Shown here: piece after piece, positions 24,800-38,260 of the stretch | How positions within the stretch are numbered: position 1 is the first letter of the stretch | How the letters are laid out: the number at the start of each line of letters is the position of its first letter | Assembly: GCA_002189035.1 (NCBI GenBank) | Contig: NEEC01000041.1 | Location: forward strand, 1-64,000 | Direction of reading: 5' to 3' | Length of the DNA stretch: 64,000 bases | From: Utricularia gibba | Lineage: Eukaryota > Plantae > Magnoliophyta | Made by a program: the position numbers and the translations under genes | The notes under the pieces: generated by a model | Database searches by the model: none | Told to the model about the DNA's origin: nothing | What the model saw: only the letters and a program-made list of their open reading frames with translations

Positions 24800-27460
24800 T
24801 GCTCGAGATTGCCTTATATTAGCCGATGTGCAACGAAGTGGCCACACGTTCGCGACGATGCGACTCGTCGATGCGAATGTGATTTTCGGCATGCAAGACA
24901 TATGTATTTCATGGGACGATGTGCCGATGCCATGGGTGTGTCCCTAGCCACAACCTCATGGTGGCCTCGTGCACTCTTCGGTATCGAGTGGATATCTTGC
25001 AAATGATGTCATGTTGCACATGAAGCTCGAGCCACATGCTCGAAAGATTGCCTTATATTAGCCTTCGAAGTGGCCACAACGACGATGCGAACACCCGACT
25101 CGATGCGAATGTGATTTTCGGGTCCGTATGATGGGACGATGTGAAATTTGGATTTCGAGAATCATTTATATTAGATGGCTGGGTGTGTTACCACAACCAA
25201 TGTGCCCCAATGACTCTTCGGTATCGAGTGGATATCTTGCAAACATGTTGCACATAGCATACCGTTTCGAAGCTCGTTCCGAGCCGGTCTTCTTTCGTGT
25301 TGAGAACTTGTTCGTCCGAGGAGGCACAAATGCTCGAAAGATTGCCTTATATTAGCCTTCAGATGTGCAACGAAGTGGCCACCACGTTCGCGACGATGCG
25401 ACTCGGGACACCCGACTCGATGCGAATGTGATTTTCATGCAAGACCGGTGCTGATCTTTCCAAGGAATCGAGTGGATATCTTGCAAATGGTGATGAGTCA
25501 TGTTGCACATAGCATACCGTTTCGAAGCTCGTTCCGAGCCGGTCTTCTTTCGTGTTGAGAACTTGTTCGTCCGAGGAGGCACAAATGCTCGAAAGATTGC
25601 CTTATATTAGCCTTCAACGATGTGCAATGCGACTCGTCGATGCCACCACGTCGCGACGATGACTCGGGACACCGAGTCGATGCGAATGTGATTTTCGGCA
25701 TGCCGACATGTTTTGCATGGACGATGTGCTTCATCCATGAGGACTCTTCGATCGTGGATATCTTGCAAATGGTGATGAGTCATGTTGCACATAGCATACC
25801 GTTTCGAAGCTCGTTCCGAGCCGGTCTTCTTTCGTGTTGAGAACTTGTTCGTCCGAGGAGGCACAAATGCTCGAAAGATTGCCTTATATTAGCCTTGATG
25901 TGCAACGAAGTGGCCACCACGTTCGCGACGATGCGACTCGGGACACCCGACTCGATGCGAATGTGATTTTCGGCATGCAAGACATATGTATTTCATGGGA
26001 CGATGTGAAATTTTGGCGAGATGATCATTTAAGATGCCATGGGTGTGTCCCTAGCCACAACCTCATGGTGGCCTCGTGCACTCTTCGGTATCGAGTGGAT
26101 ATCTTGCAAATGGTGATGAGTCATGTTGCACATAGCATACCGTTTCGAAGCTCGTTCCGAGCCGGTCTTCTTTCGTGTTGAGAACTTGTTCGTCCGAGGA
26201 GGCACAAATGCTCGAAACTTTGCCTTATATTAGCCTTCGATGTGAGGAAGTGGCCACCACGTTCGCGAATGCGACTCGGGACACCCGACTCGATGCGAAT
26301 GTGATTTTCGGCATGCAAGACATATGTATTTCATGGGACGATGTGAATATTTGGATTTCGAGATGATCATTTAAGATGCCATGGGTGTGTCCCTAGCCAC
26401 AACCTCATGGTGGCCTCGTGCACTCTTCGGTATCGAGTGGATATCTTGCAAACATGTTGCACATAGCATACCGTTTCGAAGCTCGTTCCGAGCCGGTCTT
26501 CTTTCGTGTTGAGAACTTGTTCGTCCGAGGAGGCACAAATGCTCGAAAGATTGCCTTATATTAGCCTTAGATGTGCAACGAAGTGGCCACACGTTCGCGA
26601 CGATGCGACTCGGGACACCCGACTCGATGCGAATGTGATTTTCGGCATGCAAGACTATCATTTCGTGTGTCATGACGGTATCGAGTGGATGTTCGTCGAG
26701 TCGAGACATCATTTTGCCTTATATTAGCCTTATGTGCATGGGTGCGACGATGCGACTCGTATGCCACAACCGTGTCGGCCTCGTGACTCTTCGGTATCGA
26801 GTGGATATCTTGCAAACATGTTGGATGTTTCGAAGCTCGTTCCGAAGAACATGCTTTGCCTTATATTAGCCTTATGTTGTGTGCTCGTCGGCCACACCGG
26901 TCTGGATGCGTGTGTGGAATCGAGTGGATATCTTGCAAATGATGAGTGTTGCACATAGCATACCGTTTCGAAGCTCGTTCCGAGCCGGTCTTCTTTCGTG
27001 TTGAGAACTTGTTCGTCCGAGGAGGCACAAATGCTCGAAAGATTGCCTTATATTAGCCTTCAGATGTGCAACGAAGTGGCCACCACGTTCGCGACGATGC
27101 GACTCGGGACACCCGACTCGATGCGAATGTGATTTTCGGCATGCATCAACGATGCACCCATGATGAATCGTGTGCACATGTTGCGCATACCGTTTCGAAG
27201 CTCGTTCCGAGCCGGTCTTCTTTCGTGTTGAGAACTTGTTCGTCCGAGGAGGCACAAATGCTCGAAAGATTGCCTTATATTAGCCTTAGATGTGCATGTT
27301 CGCGACGATGCGAACAACATGCCACACATCGCGACGAGATGCGACTCGGGACTCATCGAGTGGATATCTTGCAAATGATGCCGATCAATATGCTTTGCCT
27401 TATATTAGGATGTTGGCGACGATGCGACTCGTCGATTGTCATGGACCGGTCTTGATGCCA
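24800..27460. other. Region of heavily deleted/scrambled monomers
   Basis: Truncated monomers and shuffled fragments occur at about 25010-25250, 25440-25760, 26650-26950 and 27140-27460. Confidence 0.7.
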
Positions 27461-27464
27461 TGGG

Positions 27465-30400
27465 TGTGTCCCTAGCCACAACCTCATGGTGGCCTCGTGC
27501 ACTCTTCGGTATCGAGTGGATATCTTGCAAATGGTGATGAGTCATGTTGCACATAGCATACCGTTTCGAAGCTCGTTCCGAGCCGGTCTTCTTTCGTGTT
27601 GAGAACTTGTTCGTCCGAGGAGGCACAAATGCTCGAAAGATTGCCTTATATTAGCCTTAAGATGTGCAACGAAGTGGCCACCACGTTCGCGACGATGCGA
27701 CTCGGGACACCCGACTCGATGCGAATGTGATTTTCGGCATGCAAGACATATGTATTTCATGGGACGATGTGAAATTTGGATTTCGAGATGATCATTTAAG
27801 ATGCCATGGGTGTGTCCCTAGCCACAACCTCATGGTGGCCTCGTGCACTCTTCGGTATCGAGTGGATATCTTGCAAATGGTGATGAGTCATGTTGCACAT
27901 AGCATACCGTTTCGAAGCTCGTTCCGAGCCGGTCTCTTTCGTGTTGAGAACTTGTTCGTCCGAGGAGGCACAAATGCTCGAAAGATTGCCTTATATTAGC
28001 CTTAGATGTGCAACGAAGTGGCCACACGTTCGCGACGATGCGACTCGGGACACCCGACTCGATGCGAATGTGATTTTCGGCATGCAAGACATATGTATTT
28101 CATGGGACGATGTGAATATTTGGATTTCGAGATGATCATTTAAGATGCCATGGGTGTGTCCCTAGCCACAACCTCATGGTGGCCTCGTGCACTCTTCGGT
28201 ATCGAGTGGATATCTTGCAAATGGTGATGAGTCATGTTGCACATAGCATACCGTTTCGAAGCTCGTTCCGAGCCGGTCTTCTTTCGTGTTGAGAACTTGT
28301 TCGTCCGAGGAGGCACAAATGCTCGAAAGATTGCCTTATATTAGCCTTAAGATGTGCAACGAAGTGGCCACACGTTCGCGACGATGCGACTCGGGACACC
28401 CGACTCGATGCGAATGTGATTTTCGGCATGCAAGACATATGTATTTCATGGGACGATGTGAAATTTGGATTTCGAGATGATCATTTAAGATGCCATGGGT
28501 GTGTCCCTAGCCACAACCTCATGGTGGCCTCGTGCACTCTTCGGTATCGAGTGGATATCTTGCAAATGGTGATGAGTCATGTTGCACATAGCATACCGTT
28601 TCGAAGCTCGTTCCGAGCCGGTCTTCTTTCGTGTTGAGAACTTGTTCGTCCGAGGAGGCACAAATGCTCGAAAGATTGCCTTATATTAGCCTTCAGATGT
28701 GCAACGAAGTGGCCACCACGTTCGCGACGATGCGACTCGGGACACCCGACTCGATGCGAATGTGATTTTCGGCATGCAAGACATATGTATTTCATGGGAC
28801 GATGTGAAATTTGGATTTCGAGATGATCATTTAAGATGCCATGGGTGTGTCCCTAGCCACAACCTCATGGTGGCCTCGTGCACTCTTCGGTATCGAGTGG
28901 ATATCTTGCAAACGGTGATGAGTCATGTTGCACATAGCATACCGTTTCGAAGCTCGTTCCGAGCCGGTCTTCTTTCGTGTTGAGAACTTGTTCGTCGAGG
29001 AGGCACAAATGCTCGAAAGATTGCCTTATATTAGCCTTAAGATGTGCAACGAAGTGGCCACCACGTTCGCGACGATGCGACTCGGGACACCCGACTCGAT
29101 GCGAATGTGATTTTCGGCATGCAAGACATATGTATTTCATGGGACGATGTGAATATTTGGATTTCGAGATGATCATTTAAGATGCCATGGGTGTGTCCCT
29201 AGCCACAACCTCATGGTGGCCTCGTGCACTCTTCGGTATCGAGTGGATATCTTGCAAATGGTGATGAGTCATGTTGCACATAGCATACCGTTTCGAAGCT
29301 CGTTCCGAGCCGGTCTTCTTTCGTGTTGAGAACTTGTTCGTCCGAGGAGGCACAAATGCTCGAAAGATTGCCTTATATTAGCCTTCAGATGTGCAACGAA
29401 GTGGCCACCACGTTCGCGACGATGCGACTCGGGACACCCGACTCGATGCGAATGTGATTTTCGGCATGCAAGACATATGTATTTCATGGGACGATGTGAA
29501 TATTTGGATTTCGAGATGATCATTTAAGATGCCATGGGTGTGTCCCTAGCCACAACCTCATGGTGGCCTCGTGCACTCTTCGGTATCGAGTGGATATCTT
29601 GCAAATGGTGATGAGTCATGTTGCACATAGCATACCGTTTCGAAGCTCGTTCCGAGCCGGTCTTCTTTCGTGTTGAGAACTTGTTCGTCCGAGGAGGCAC
29701 AAATGCTCGAAAGATTGCCTTATATTAGCCTTAAGATGTGCAACGAAGTGGCCACCACGTTCGCGACGATGCGACTCGGGACACCCGACTCGATGCGAAT
29801 GTGATTTTCGGCATGCAAGACATATGTATTTCATGGGACGATGTGAAATTTGGATTTCGAGATGATCATTTAAGATGCCATGGGTGTGTCCCTAGCCACA
29901 ACCTCATGGTGGCCTCGTGCACTCTTCGGTATCGAGTGGATATCTTGCAAATGGTGATGAGTCATGTTGCACATAGCATACCGTTTCGAAGCTCGTTCCG
30001 AGCCGGTCTTCTTTCGTGTTGAGAACTTGTTCGTCCGAGGAGGCACAAATGCTCGAAAGATTGCCTTATATTAGCCTTAGATGTGCAACGAAGTGGCCAC
30101 CACGTTCGCGACGATGCGACTCGGGACACCCGACTCGATGCGAATGTGATTTTCGGCATGCAAGACATATGTATTTCATGGGACGATGTGAAATTTGGAT
30201 TTCGAGATGATCATTTAAGATGCCATGGGTGTGTCCCTAGCCACAACCTCATGGTGGCCTCGTGCACTCTTCGGTATCGAGTGGATATCTTGCAAATGGT
30301 GATGAGTCATGTTGCACATAGCATACCGTTTCGAAGCTCGTTCCGAGCCGGTCTTCTTTCGTGTTGAGAACTTGTTCGTCCGAGGAGGCACAAATGCTCG

Positions 30401-31190
30401 AAAGATTGCCTTATATTAGCCTTAGATGTGCAACGAAGTGGCCACCACGTTCGCGACGATGCGACTCGGGACACCCGACTCGATGCGAATGTGATTTTCG
30501 GCATGCAAGACATATGTATTTCATGGGACGATGTGAAATTTGGATTTCGAGATGATCATTTAAGATGCCATGGGTGTGTCCCTAGCCACAACCTCATGGT
30601 GGCCTCGTGCACTCTTCGGTATCGAGTGGATATCTTGCAAATGGTGATGAGTCATGTTGCACATAGCATACCGTTTCGAAGCTCGTTCCGAGCCGGTCTT
30701 CTTTCGTGTTGAGAACTTGTTCGTCCGAGGAGGCACAAATGCTCGAAAGATTGCCTTATATTAGCCTTAAGATGTGCAACGAAGTGGCCACCACGTTCGC
30801 GACGATGCGACTCGGGACACCCGACTCGATGCGAATGTGATTTTCGGCATGCAAGACATATGTATTTCATGGGACGATGTGAATATTTGGATTTCGAGAT
30901 GATCATTTAAGATGCCATGGTGTGTCCCTAGCCACAACCTCATGGTGGCCTCGTGCACTCTTCGGTATCGAGTGGATATCTTGCAAATGGTGATGAGTCA
31001 TGTTGCACATAGCATACCGTTTCGAAGCTCGTTCCGAGCCGGTCTTCTTTCGTGTTGAGAACTTGTTCGTCCGAGGGGCACAAATGCTCGAAAGATTGCC
31101 TTATATTAGCCTTAAGATGTGCAACGAAGTGGCCACCACGTTCGCGACGATGCGACTCGGGACACCCGACTCGATGCGAATGTGATTTTG
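27465..31190 (+). repeat. Highly homogeneous block (~11 monomers)
   Basis: Consecutive ~345-346 bp copies differ mainly at the CCTTCAG/CCTTAAG/CCTTAG and GAAATTTGG/GAATATTTGG sites, plus scattered 1-bp indels. Confidence 0.8.
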
Positions 31191-32530
31191 GCATGGACAT
31201 ATGCAACGACATATGTGCCATTGTGTCATGGGACGATCGTGGATATCTTGCAAATGGTGATGAGTCATGTTGCACATAGCATACCGTTTCGAAGCTCGTT
31301 CCGAGCCGGTCTTCTTTCGTGTTGAGAACTTGTTCGTCCGAGGAGGCACAAATGCTCGAAAGATTGCCTTATATTAGCCTTAGATGTGCAACGAAGTGGC
31401 CACACGTTCGCGACGATGCGACTCGGGACACCGACTCGATGCGAATGTGATTTTCGGCATGCAAGACTATGTGGCCTCGTGCATTTCATCGGGACGCATG
31501 TGAATATTGTTGGATATCCTTGATGTCGACATGATGATCATTTTGCCTTATATTAGCCTTAGATGTGCAACGAAGTGGCCACCACGTTCGCGACGATGCG
31601 ACTCGGGACACCCGACTCGATGCGAATGTGATTTTCGGCATGCAAGACCTGGGACATGTGTGGCCTCGGGTGTGTCAGCTCATGGTGGCGTGTATCGAGT
31701 GGATATCTTGCAAATGGTGATGAGTCATGTTGCACATAGCATACCGTTTCGAAGCTCGTTCCGAGCCGGTCTCTTTCGTGTTGAGAACTTGTTCGTCCGA
31801 GAGCAGGCACAGAATGCTCGACATAGATTGCCTGATATATTAGCCTTAAGATGTGCAACATGTTGCACAGTGGCTCACACGTTCGCCGAGCGATTGCGAC
31901 TGCGGGACATGCCCGACTCGATGCGAATGTGATTTTCGGCATGCAAGACATATGTATTTCATGGGACGATGTGAATATTTGAGATGTTGCGAGATCGATC
32001 TTCGTATTGTAGGCAGATGCCATAGCGGTGTGTTCGCCGTCCGAGGACACACTCGAACCTGCCTTATGGTGGCCTTCGTGCACTCTTCGGTATCGAGTGG
32101 ATATCTTGCAAATGGTGATGAGTCATGTTGCACATAGCATACCGTTTCGAAGCTCGTTCCGAGCCGGTCTTCTTTCGTGTTGAGAACTTGTTCGTCCGAG
32201 GAGGCACAAATGCTCGAAAGATTGCCTTATATTAGCCTTCAAGATGTGCAACGAAGTGGCCACCACGTTCGCGACGATGCGACTCGGGACACCCGACTCG
32301 ATGCGAATGTGATTTTTGGCATGCAAGACATATGTATTTCATGGACGATTTCGAGATGTGAATATTTGGATTTCGATGATGGATCATGGTTAATGATGCC
32401 ATGGGTGTGTTGCCCATAGCCAGCAGACCGTCCATGCGACGATGCGCCTCGATGCACTCTTCGGTATCGAGTGGATGCATCTTGCAATCGAGTGGATGCA
32501 GGTCATGTTGCACATAGCATAGCCGTTTCG
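31190..32530. other. Scrambled satellite island
   Basis: Register jumps and mosaic fragments with small insertions (e.g. GAGCAGGCACAGAATGCTCGACATAGATTGCCTGATATATTAGCC at ~31801) directly follow the cleanest block of the window. Confidence 0.7.
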
Positions 32531-32749
32531 AAGCTCGTTCCGAGCCGGTCTTCTTTCGTGTTGAGAACTTGTTCGTCCGAGGAGGCACAAATGCTCGAAA
32601 GATTGCCTTATATTAGCCTTATATTAGCCTTCAGATGTGCAACGAAGTGGCCACCACGTTCGCGACGATGCGACTCGGACACCGACTCGATGCGAATGTG
32701 ATTTTCGGCATGCAAGACATATGTATTTCATGGGACGATGTGAAATTTG

Positions 32750-35700
32750 GATTTCGAGATGATCATTTAAGATGCCATGGGTGTGTCCCTAGCCACAACC
32801 TCATGGTGGCCTCGTGCACTCTTCGGTATCGAGTGGATATCTTGCAAACGGTGATGAGTCATGTTGCACATATCATACCGTTTCGAAGCTCGTTCCGAGC
32901 CGGTCTTCTTTCGTGTTGAGAACTTGTTCGTCCGAGGAGGCACAAATGCTCGAAAGATTGCCTTATATTAGCCTTAGATGTGCAACGAAGTGGCCACCAC
33001 GTTCGCGACGATGCGACTCGGGACACCGACTCGATGCGAATGTGATTTTCGGCATGCAAGACATATGTATTTCATGGGACGATGTGAATATTTGGATTTC
33101 GAGATGATCATTTAAGATGCCATGGGTGTGTCCCTAGCCACAACCTCATGGTGGCCTCGTGCACTCTTCGGTATCGAGTGGATATCTTGCAAATGGTGAT
33201 GAGTCATGTTGCACATAGCATACCGTTTCGAAGCTCGTTCCGAGCCGGTCTCTTTCGTGTTGAGAACTTGTTCGTCCGAGGAGGCACAAATGCTCGAAAG
33301 ATTGCCTTATATTAGCCAGATGTGCAACGAAGTGGCCACCACGTTCGCGACGATGCGACTCGGGACACCCGACTCGATGCGAATGTGATTTTCGGCATGC
33401 AAGACATATGTATTTCATGGGACGATGTGAATATTTGGATTTCGAGATGATCATTTAAGATGCCATGGGGTGTGTCCCTAGCCACAACCTCATGGTGGCC
33501 TCGTGCACTCTTCGGTATCGAGTGGATATCTTGCAAATGGTGATGAGTCATGTTGCACATAGCATACCGTTTCGAAGCTCGTTCCGAGCCGGTCTTCTTT
33601 CGTGTTGAGAACTTGTTCGTCCGAGGAGGCACAAATGCTCGAAAGATTGCCTTATATTAGCCTTAAGATGTGCAACGAAGTGGCCACACGTTCGCGACGA
33701 TGCGACTCGGGACACCCGACTCGATGCGAATGTGATTTTCGGCATGCAAGACATATGTATTTCATGGGACGATGTGAATATTTGGATTTCGAGATGATCA
33801 TTTAAGATGCCATGGGTGTGTCCCTAGCCACAACCTCATGGTGGCCTCGTGCACTCTTCGGTATCGAGTGGATATCTTGCAAACGGTGATGAGTCATGTT
33901 GCACATATCATACCGTTTCGAAGCTCGTTCCGAGCCGGTCTTCTTTCGTGTTGAGAACTTGTTCGTCCGAGGAGGCACAAATGCTCGAAAGATTGCCTTA
34001 TATTAGCCTTAAGATGTGCAACGAAGTGGCCACCACGTTCGCGACGATGCGACTCGGGACACCGACTCGATGCGAATGTGATTTTCGGCATGCAAGACAT
34101 ATGTATTTCATGGGACGATGTGAATATTTGGATTTCGAGATGATCATTTAAGATGCCATGGGTGTGTCCCTAGCCACAACCTCATGGTGGCCTCGTGCAC
34201 TCTTCGGTATCGAGTGGATATCTTGCAAATGGTGATGAGTCATGTTGCACATAGCATACCGTTTCGAAGCTCGTTCCGAGCCGGTCTCTTTCGTGTTGAG
34301 AACTTGTTCGTCCGAGGAGGCACAAATGCTCGAAAGATTGCCTTATATTAGCCATGTGCAACGAAGTGCCACACGTTCGCGACGATGCGACTCGGGACAC
34401 CGACTCGATGCGAATGTGATTTTCGGCATGCAAGACATATGTATTTCATGGGGATGTGAATATTTGGATTTCGAGATGATCATTTAAGATGCCATGGGTG
34501 TGTCCCTAGCCACAACCTCATGGTGGCTCGTGCACTCTTCGGTATCGAGTGGATATCTTGCAAATGGTGATGAGTCATGTTGCACATAGCATACCGTTTC
34601 GAAGCTCGTTCCGAGCCGGGTTCTTTCGTGTTGAGAACTTGTTCGTCCGAGGAGGCACAAATGCTCGAAAGATTGCCTTATATTAGCCTTAAGATGTGCA
34701 ACGAAGTGGCCACCACGTTCGCGACGATGCGACTCGGGACACCCGACTCGATGCGAATGTGATTTTCGGCATGCAAGACATATGTATTTCATGGGACGAT
34801 GTGAATATTTGGATTTCGAGATGATCATTTAAGATGCCATGGGTGTGTCCCTAGCCACAACCTCATGGTGGCCTCGTGCACTCTTCGGTATCGAGTGGAT
34901 ATCTTGCAAATGGTGATGAGTCATGTTGCACATAGCATACCGTTTCGAAGCTCGTTCCGAGCCGGTCTCTTTCGTGTTGAGAACTTGTTCGTCCGAGGAG
35001 GCACAAATGCTCGAAAGATTGCCTTATATTAGCCTTAAGATGTGCAACGAAGTGGCCACCACGTTCGCGACGATGCGACTCGGGACACCGACTCGATGCG
35101 AATGTGATTTTCGGCATGCAAGACATATGTATTTCATGGACGATGTGAAATTTGGATTTCGAGATGATCATTTAAGATGCCATGGGGTGTGTCCCTAGCC
35201 ACAACCTCATGGTGGCCTCGTGCACTCTTCGGTATCGAGTGGATATCTTGCAAACGGTGATGAGTCATGTTGCACATATCATACCGTTTCGAAGCTCGTT
35301 CCGAGCCGGTCTTCTTTCGTGTTGAGAACTTGTTCGTCCGAGGAGGCACAAATGCTCGAAAGATTGCCTTATATTAGCCTTAGATGTGCAACGAAGTGGC
35401 CACCACGTTCGCGACGATGCGACTCGGGACACCGACTCGATGCGAATGTGATTTTCGGCATGCAAGACATATGTATTTCATGGGACGATGTGAATATTTG
35501 GATTTCGAGATGATCATTTAAGATGCCATGGGTGTGTCCCTAGCCACAACCTCATGGTGGCCTCGTGCACTCTTCGGTATCGAGTGGATATCTTGCAAAT
35601 GGTGATGAGTCATGTTGCACATAGCATACCGTTTCGAAGCTCGTTCCGAGCCGGTCTTCTTTCGTGTTGAGAACTTGTTCGTCCGAGGAGGCACAAATGC

Positions 35701-38260
35701 TCGAAAGATTGCCTTATATTAGCCGCAACGAAGTGGCCACACGTTCGCGACGATGCGACTCGGGACACCGACTCGATGCGAATGTGATTTTCGGCATGCA
35801 AGACATATGTATTTCATGGGACGATGTGAAATTTGGATTTCGAGATGATCATTTAAGATGCCATGGGTGTGTCCCTAGCCACAACCTCATGGCCTCGTGC
35901 ACTCTTCGGTATCGAGTGGATATCTTGCAAATGGTGATGAGTCATGTTGCACATAGCATACCGTTTCGAAGCTCGTTCCGAGCCGGTCTTCTTTCGTGTT
36001 GAGAACTTGTTCGTCCGAGGAGGCACAAATGCTCGAAAGATTGCCTTATATTAGCCTTAAGATGTGCAACGAAGTGGCCCACCACGTTCGCGACGATGCG
36101 ACTCGGGACACCGACTCGATGCGAATGTGATTTTCGGCATGCAAGACATATGTATTTCATGGACGATGTGAATATTTGGATTTCGAGATGATCATTTAAG
36201 ATGCCATGGGTGTGTCCCTAGCCACAACCTCATGGTGGCCTCGTGCACTCTTCGGTATCGAGTGGATATCTTGCAAATGGTGATGAGTCATGTTGCACAT
36301 AGCATACCGTTTCGAAGCTCGTTCCGAGCCGGTCTCTTTCGTGTTGAGAACTTGTTCGTCCGAGGAGGCACAAATGCTCGAAAGATTGCCTTATATTAGC
36401 CTTAGATGTGCAACGAAGTGGCCACCACGTTCGCGACGATGCGACTCGGGACACCCGACTCGATGCGAATGTGATTTTCGGCATGCAAGACATATGTATT
36501 TCATGGGACGATGTGAATATTTGGATTTCGAGATGATCATTTAAGATGCCATGGGTGTGTCCCTAGCCACAACCTCATGGTGGCCTCGTGCACTCTTCGG
36601 TATCGAGTGGATATCTTGCAAAAACGGTGATGAGTCATGTTGCACATATCATACCGTTTCGAAGCTCGTTCCGAGCCGGTCTTCTTTCGTGTTGAGAACT
36701 TGTTCGTCCGAGGAGGCACAAATGCTCGAAGATTGCCTTATATTAGCCTTCAGATGTGCAACGAAGTGGCCACCACGTTCGCGACGATGCGACTCGGGAC
36801 ACCGACTCGATGCGAATGTGATTTTCGGCATGCAAGACATATGTATTTCATGGACGATGTGAATATTTGGATTTCGAGATGATCATTTAAGATGCCATGG
36901 GTGTGTCCCTAGCCACAACCTCATGGTGGCCTCGTGCACTCTTCGGTATCGAGTGGATATCTTGCAAACGGTGATGAGTCATGTTGCACATATCATACCG
37001 TTTCGAAGCTCGTTCCGAGCCGGTCTTCTTTCGTGTTGAGAACTTGTTCGTCCGAGGAGGCACAAATGCTCGAAAGATTGCCTTATATTAGCCTTAAGAT
37101 GTGCAACGAAGTGGCCACCACGTTCGCGACGATGCGACTCGGGACACCGACTCGATGCGAATGTGATTTTCGGCATGCAAGACATATGTATTTCATGGGA
37201 CGATGTGAATATTTGGATTTCGAGATGATCATTTAAGATGCCATGGGTGTGTCCCTAGCCACAACCTCATGGTGGCCTCGTGCACTCTTCGGTATCGAGT
37301 GGATATCTTGCAAATGGTGATGAGTCATGTTGCACATATCATACCGTTTCGAAGCTCGTTCCGAGCCGGTCTCTTTCGTGTTGAGAACTTGTTCGTCCGA
37401 GGAGGCACAAATGCTCGAAAGATTGCCTTATATTAGCCTTAAGATGTGCAACGAAGTGCCACCACGTTCGCGACGATGCGACTCGGGACACCCGACTCGA
37501 TGCGAATGTGATTTTCGGCATGCAAGACATATGTATTTCATGGGACGATGTGAATTTGGATTTCGAGATGATCATTTAAGATGCCATGGGTGTGTCCCTA
37601 GCCACAACCTCATGGTGGCCTCGTGCACTCTTCGGTATCGAGTGGATATCTTGCAAATGGTGATGAGTCATGTTGCACATAGCATACCGTTTCGAAGCTC
37701 GTTCCGAGCCGGTCTCTTTCGTGTTGAGAACTTGTTCGTCCGAGGAGCACAAATGCTCGAAAGATTGCCTTATATTAGCCTTAAGATGTGCAACGAAGTG
37801 GCCACACGTTCGCGACGATGCGACTCGGGACACCCGACTCGATGCGAATGTGATTTTCGGCATGCAAGACATATGTATTTCATGGGACGATGTGAATATT
37901 TGGATTTCGAGATGATCATTTAAGATGCCATGGGTGTGTCCCTAGCCACAACCTCATGGTGGCCTCGTGCACTCTTCGGTATCGAGTGGATATCTTGCAA
38001 ACGGTGATGAGTCATGTTGCACATATCATACCGTTTCGAAGCTCGTTCCGAGCCGGTCTCTTTCGTTTGAGAACTTGTTCGTCCGAGGAGGCACAAATGC
38101 TCGAAAGATTGCCTTATATTAGCCTTAAGATGTGCAACGAAGTGGCCACCACGTTCGCGACGATGCGACTCGGACACCCGACTCGATGCGAATGTGATTT
38201 TCGGCATGCAAGACATATGTATTTCATGGACGATGTGAATATTTGGATTTCGAGATGATC
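32750..38260 (+). repeat. Monomer subfamily domain enriched for GAATATTTGG and CCTTAAG/CCTTAG
   Basis: AATATT is present in 13 of 16 monomers here (e.g. 33087, 33430, 33777, 34123, 34804, 35494, 36516, 37208, 37895), against none seen in the ~29 monomers of 39000-48900. Confidence 0.75.
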
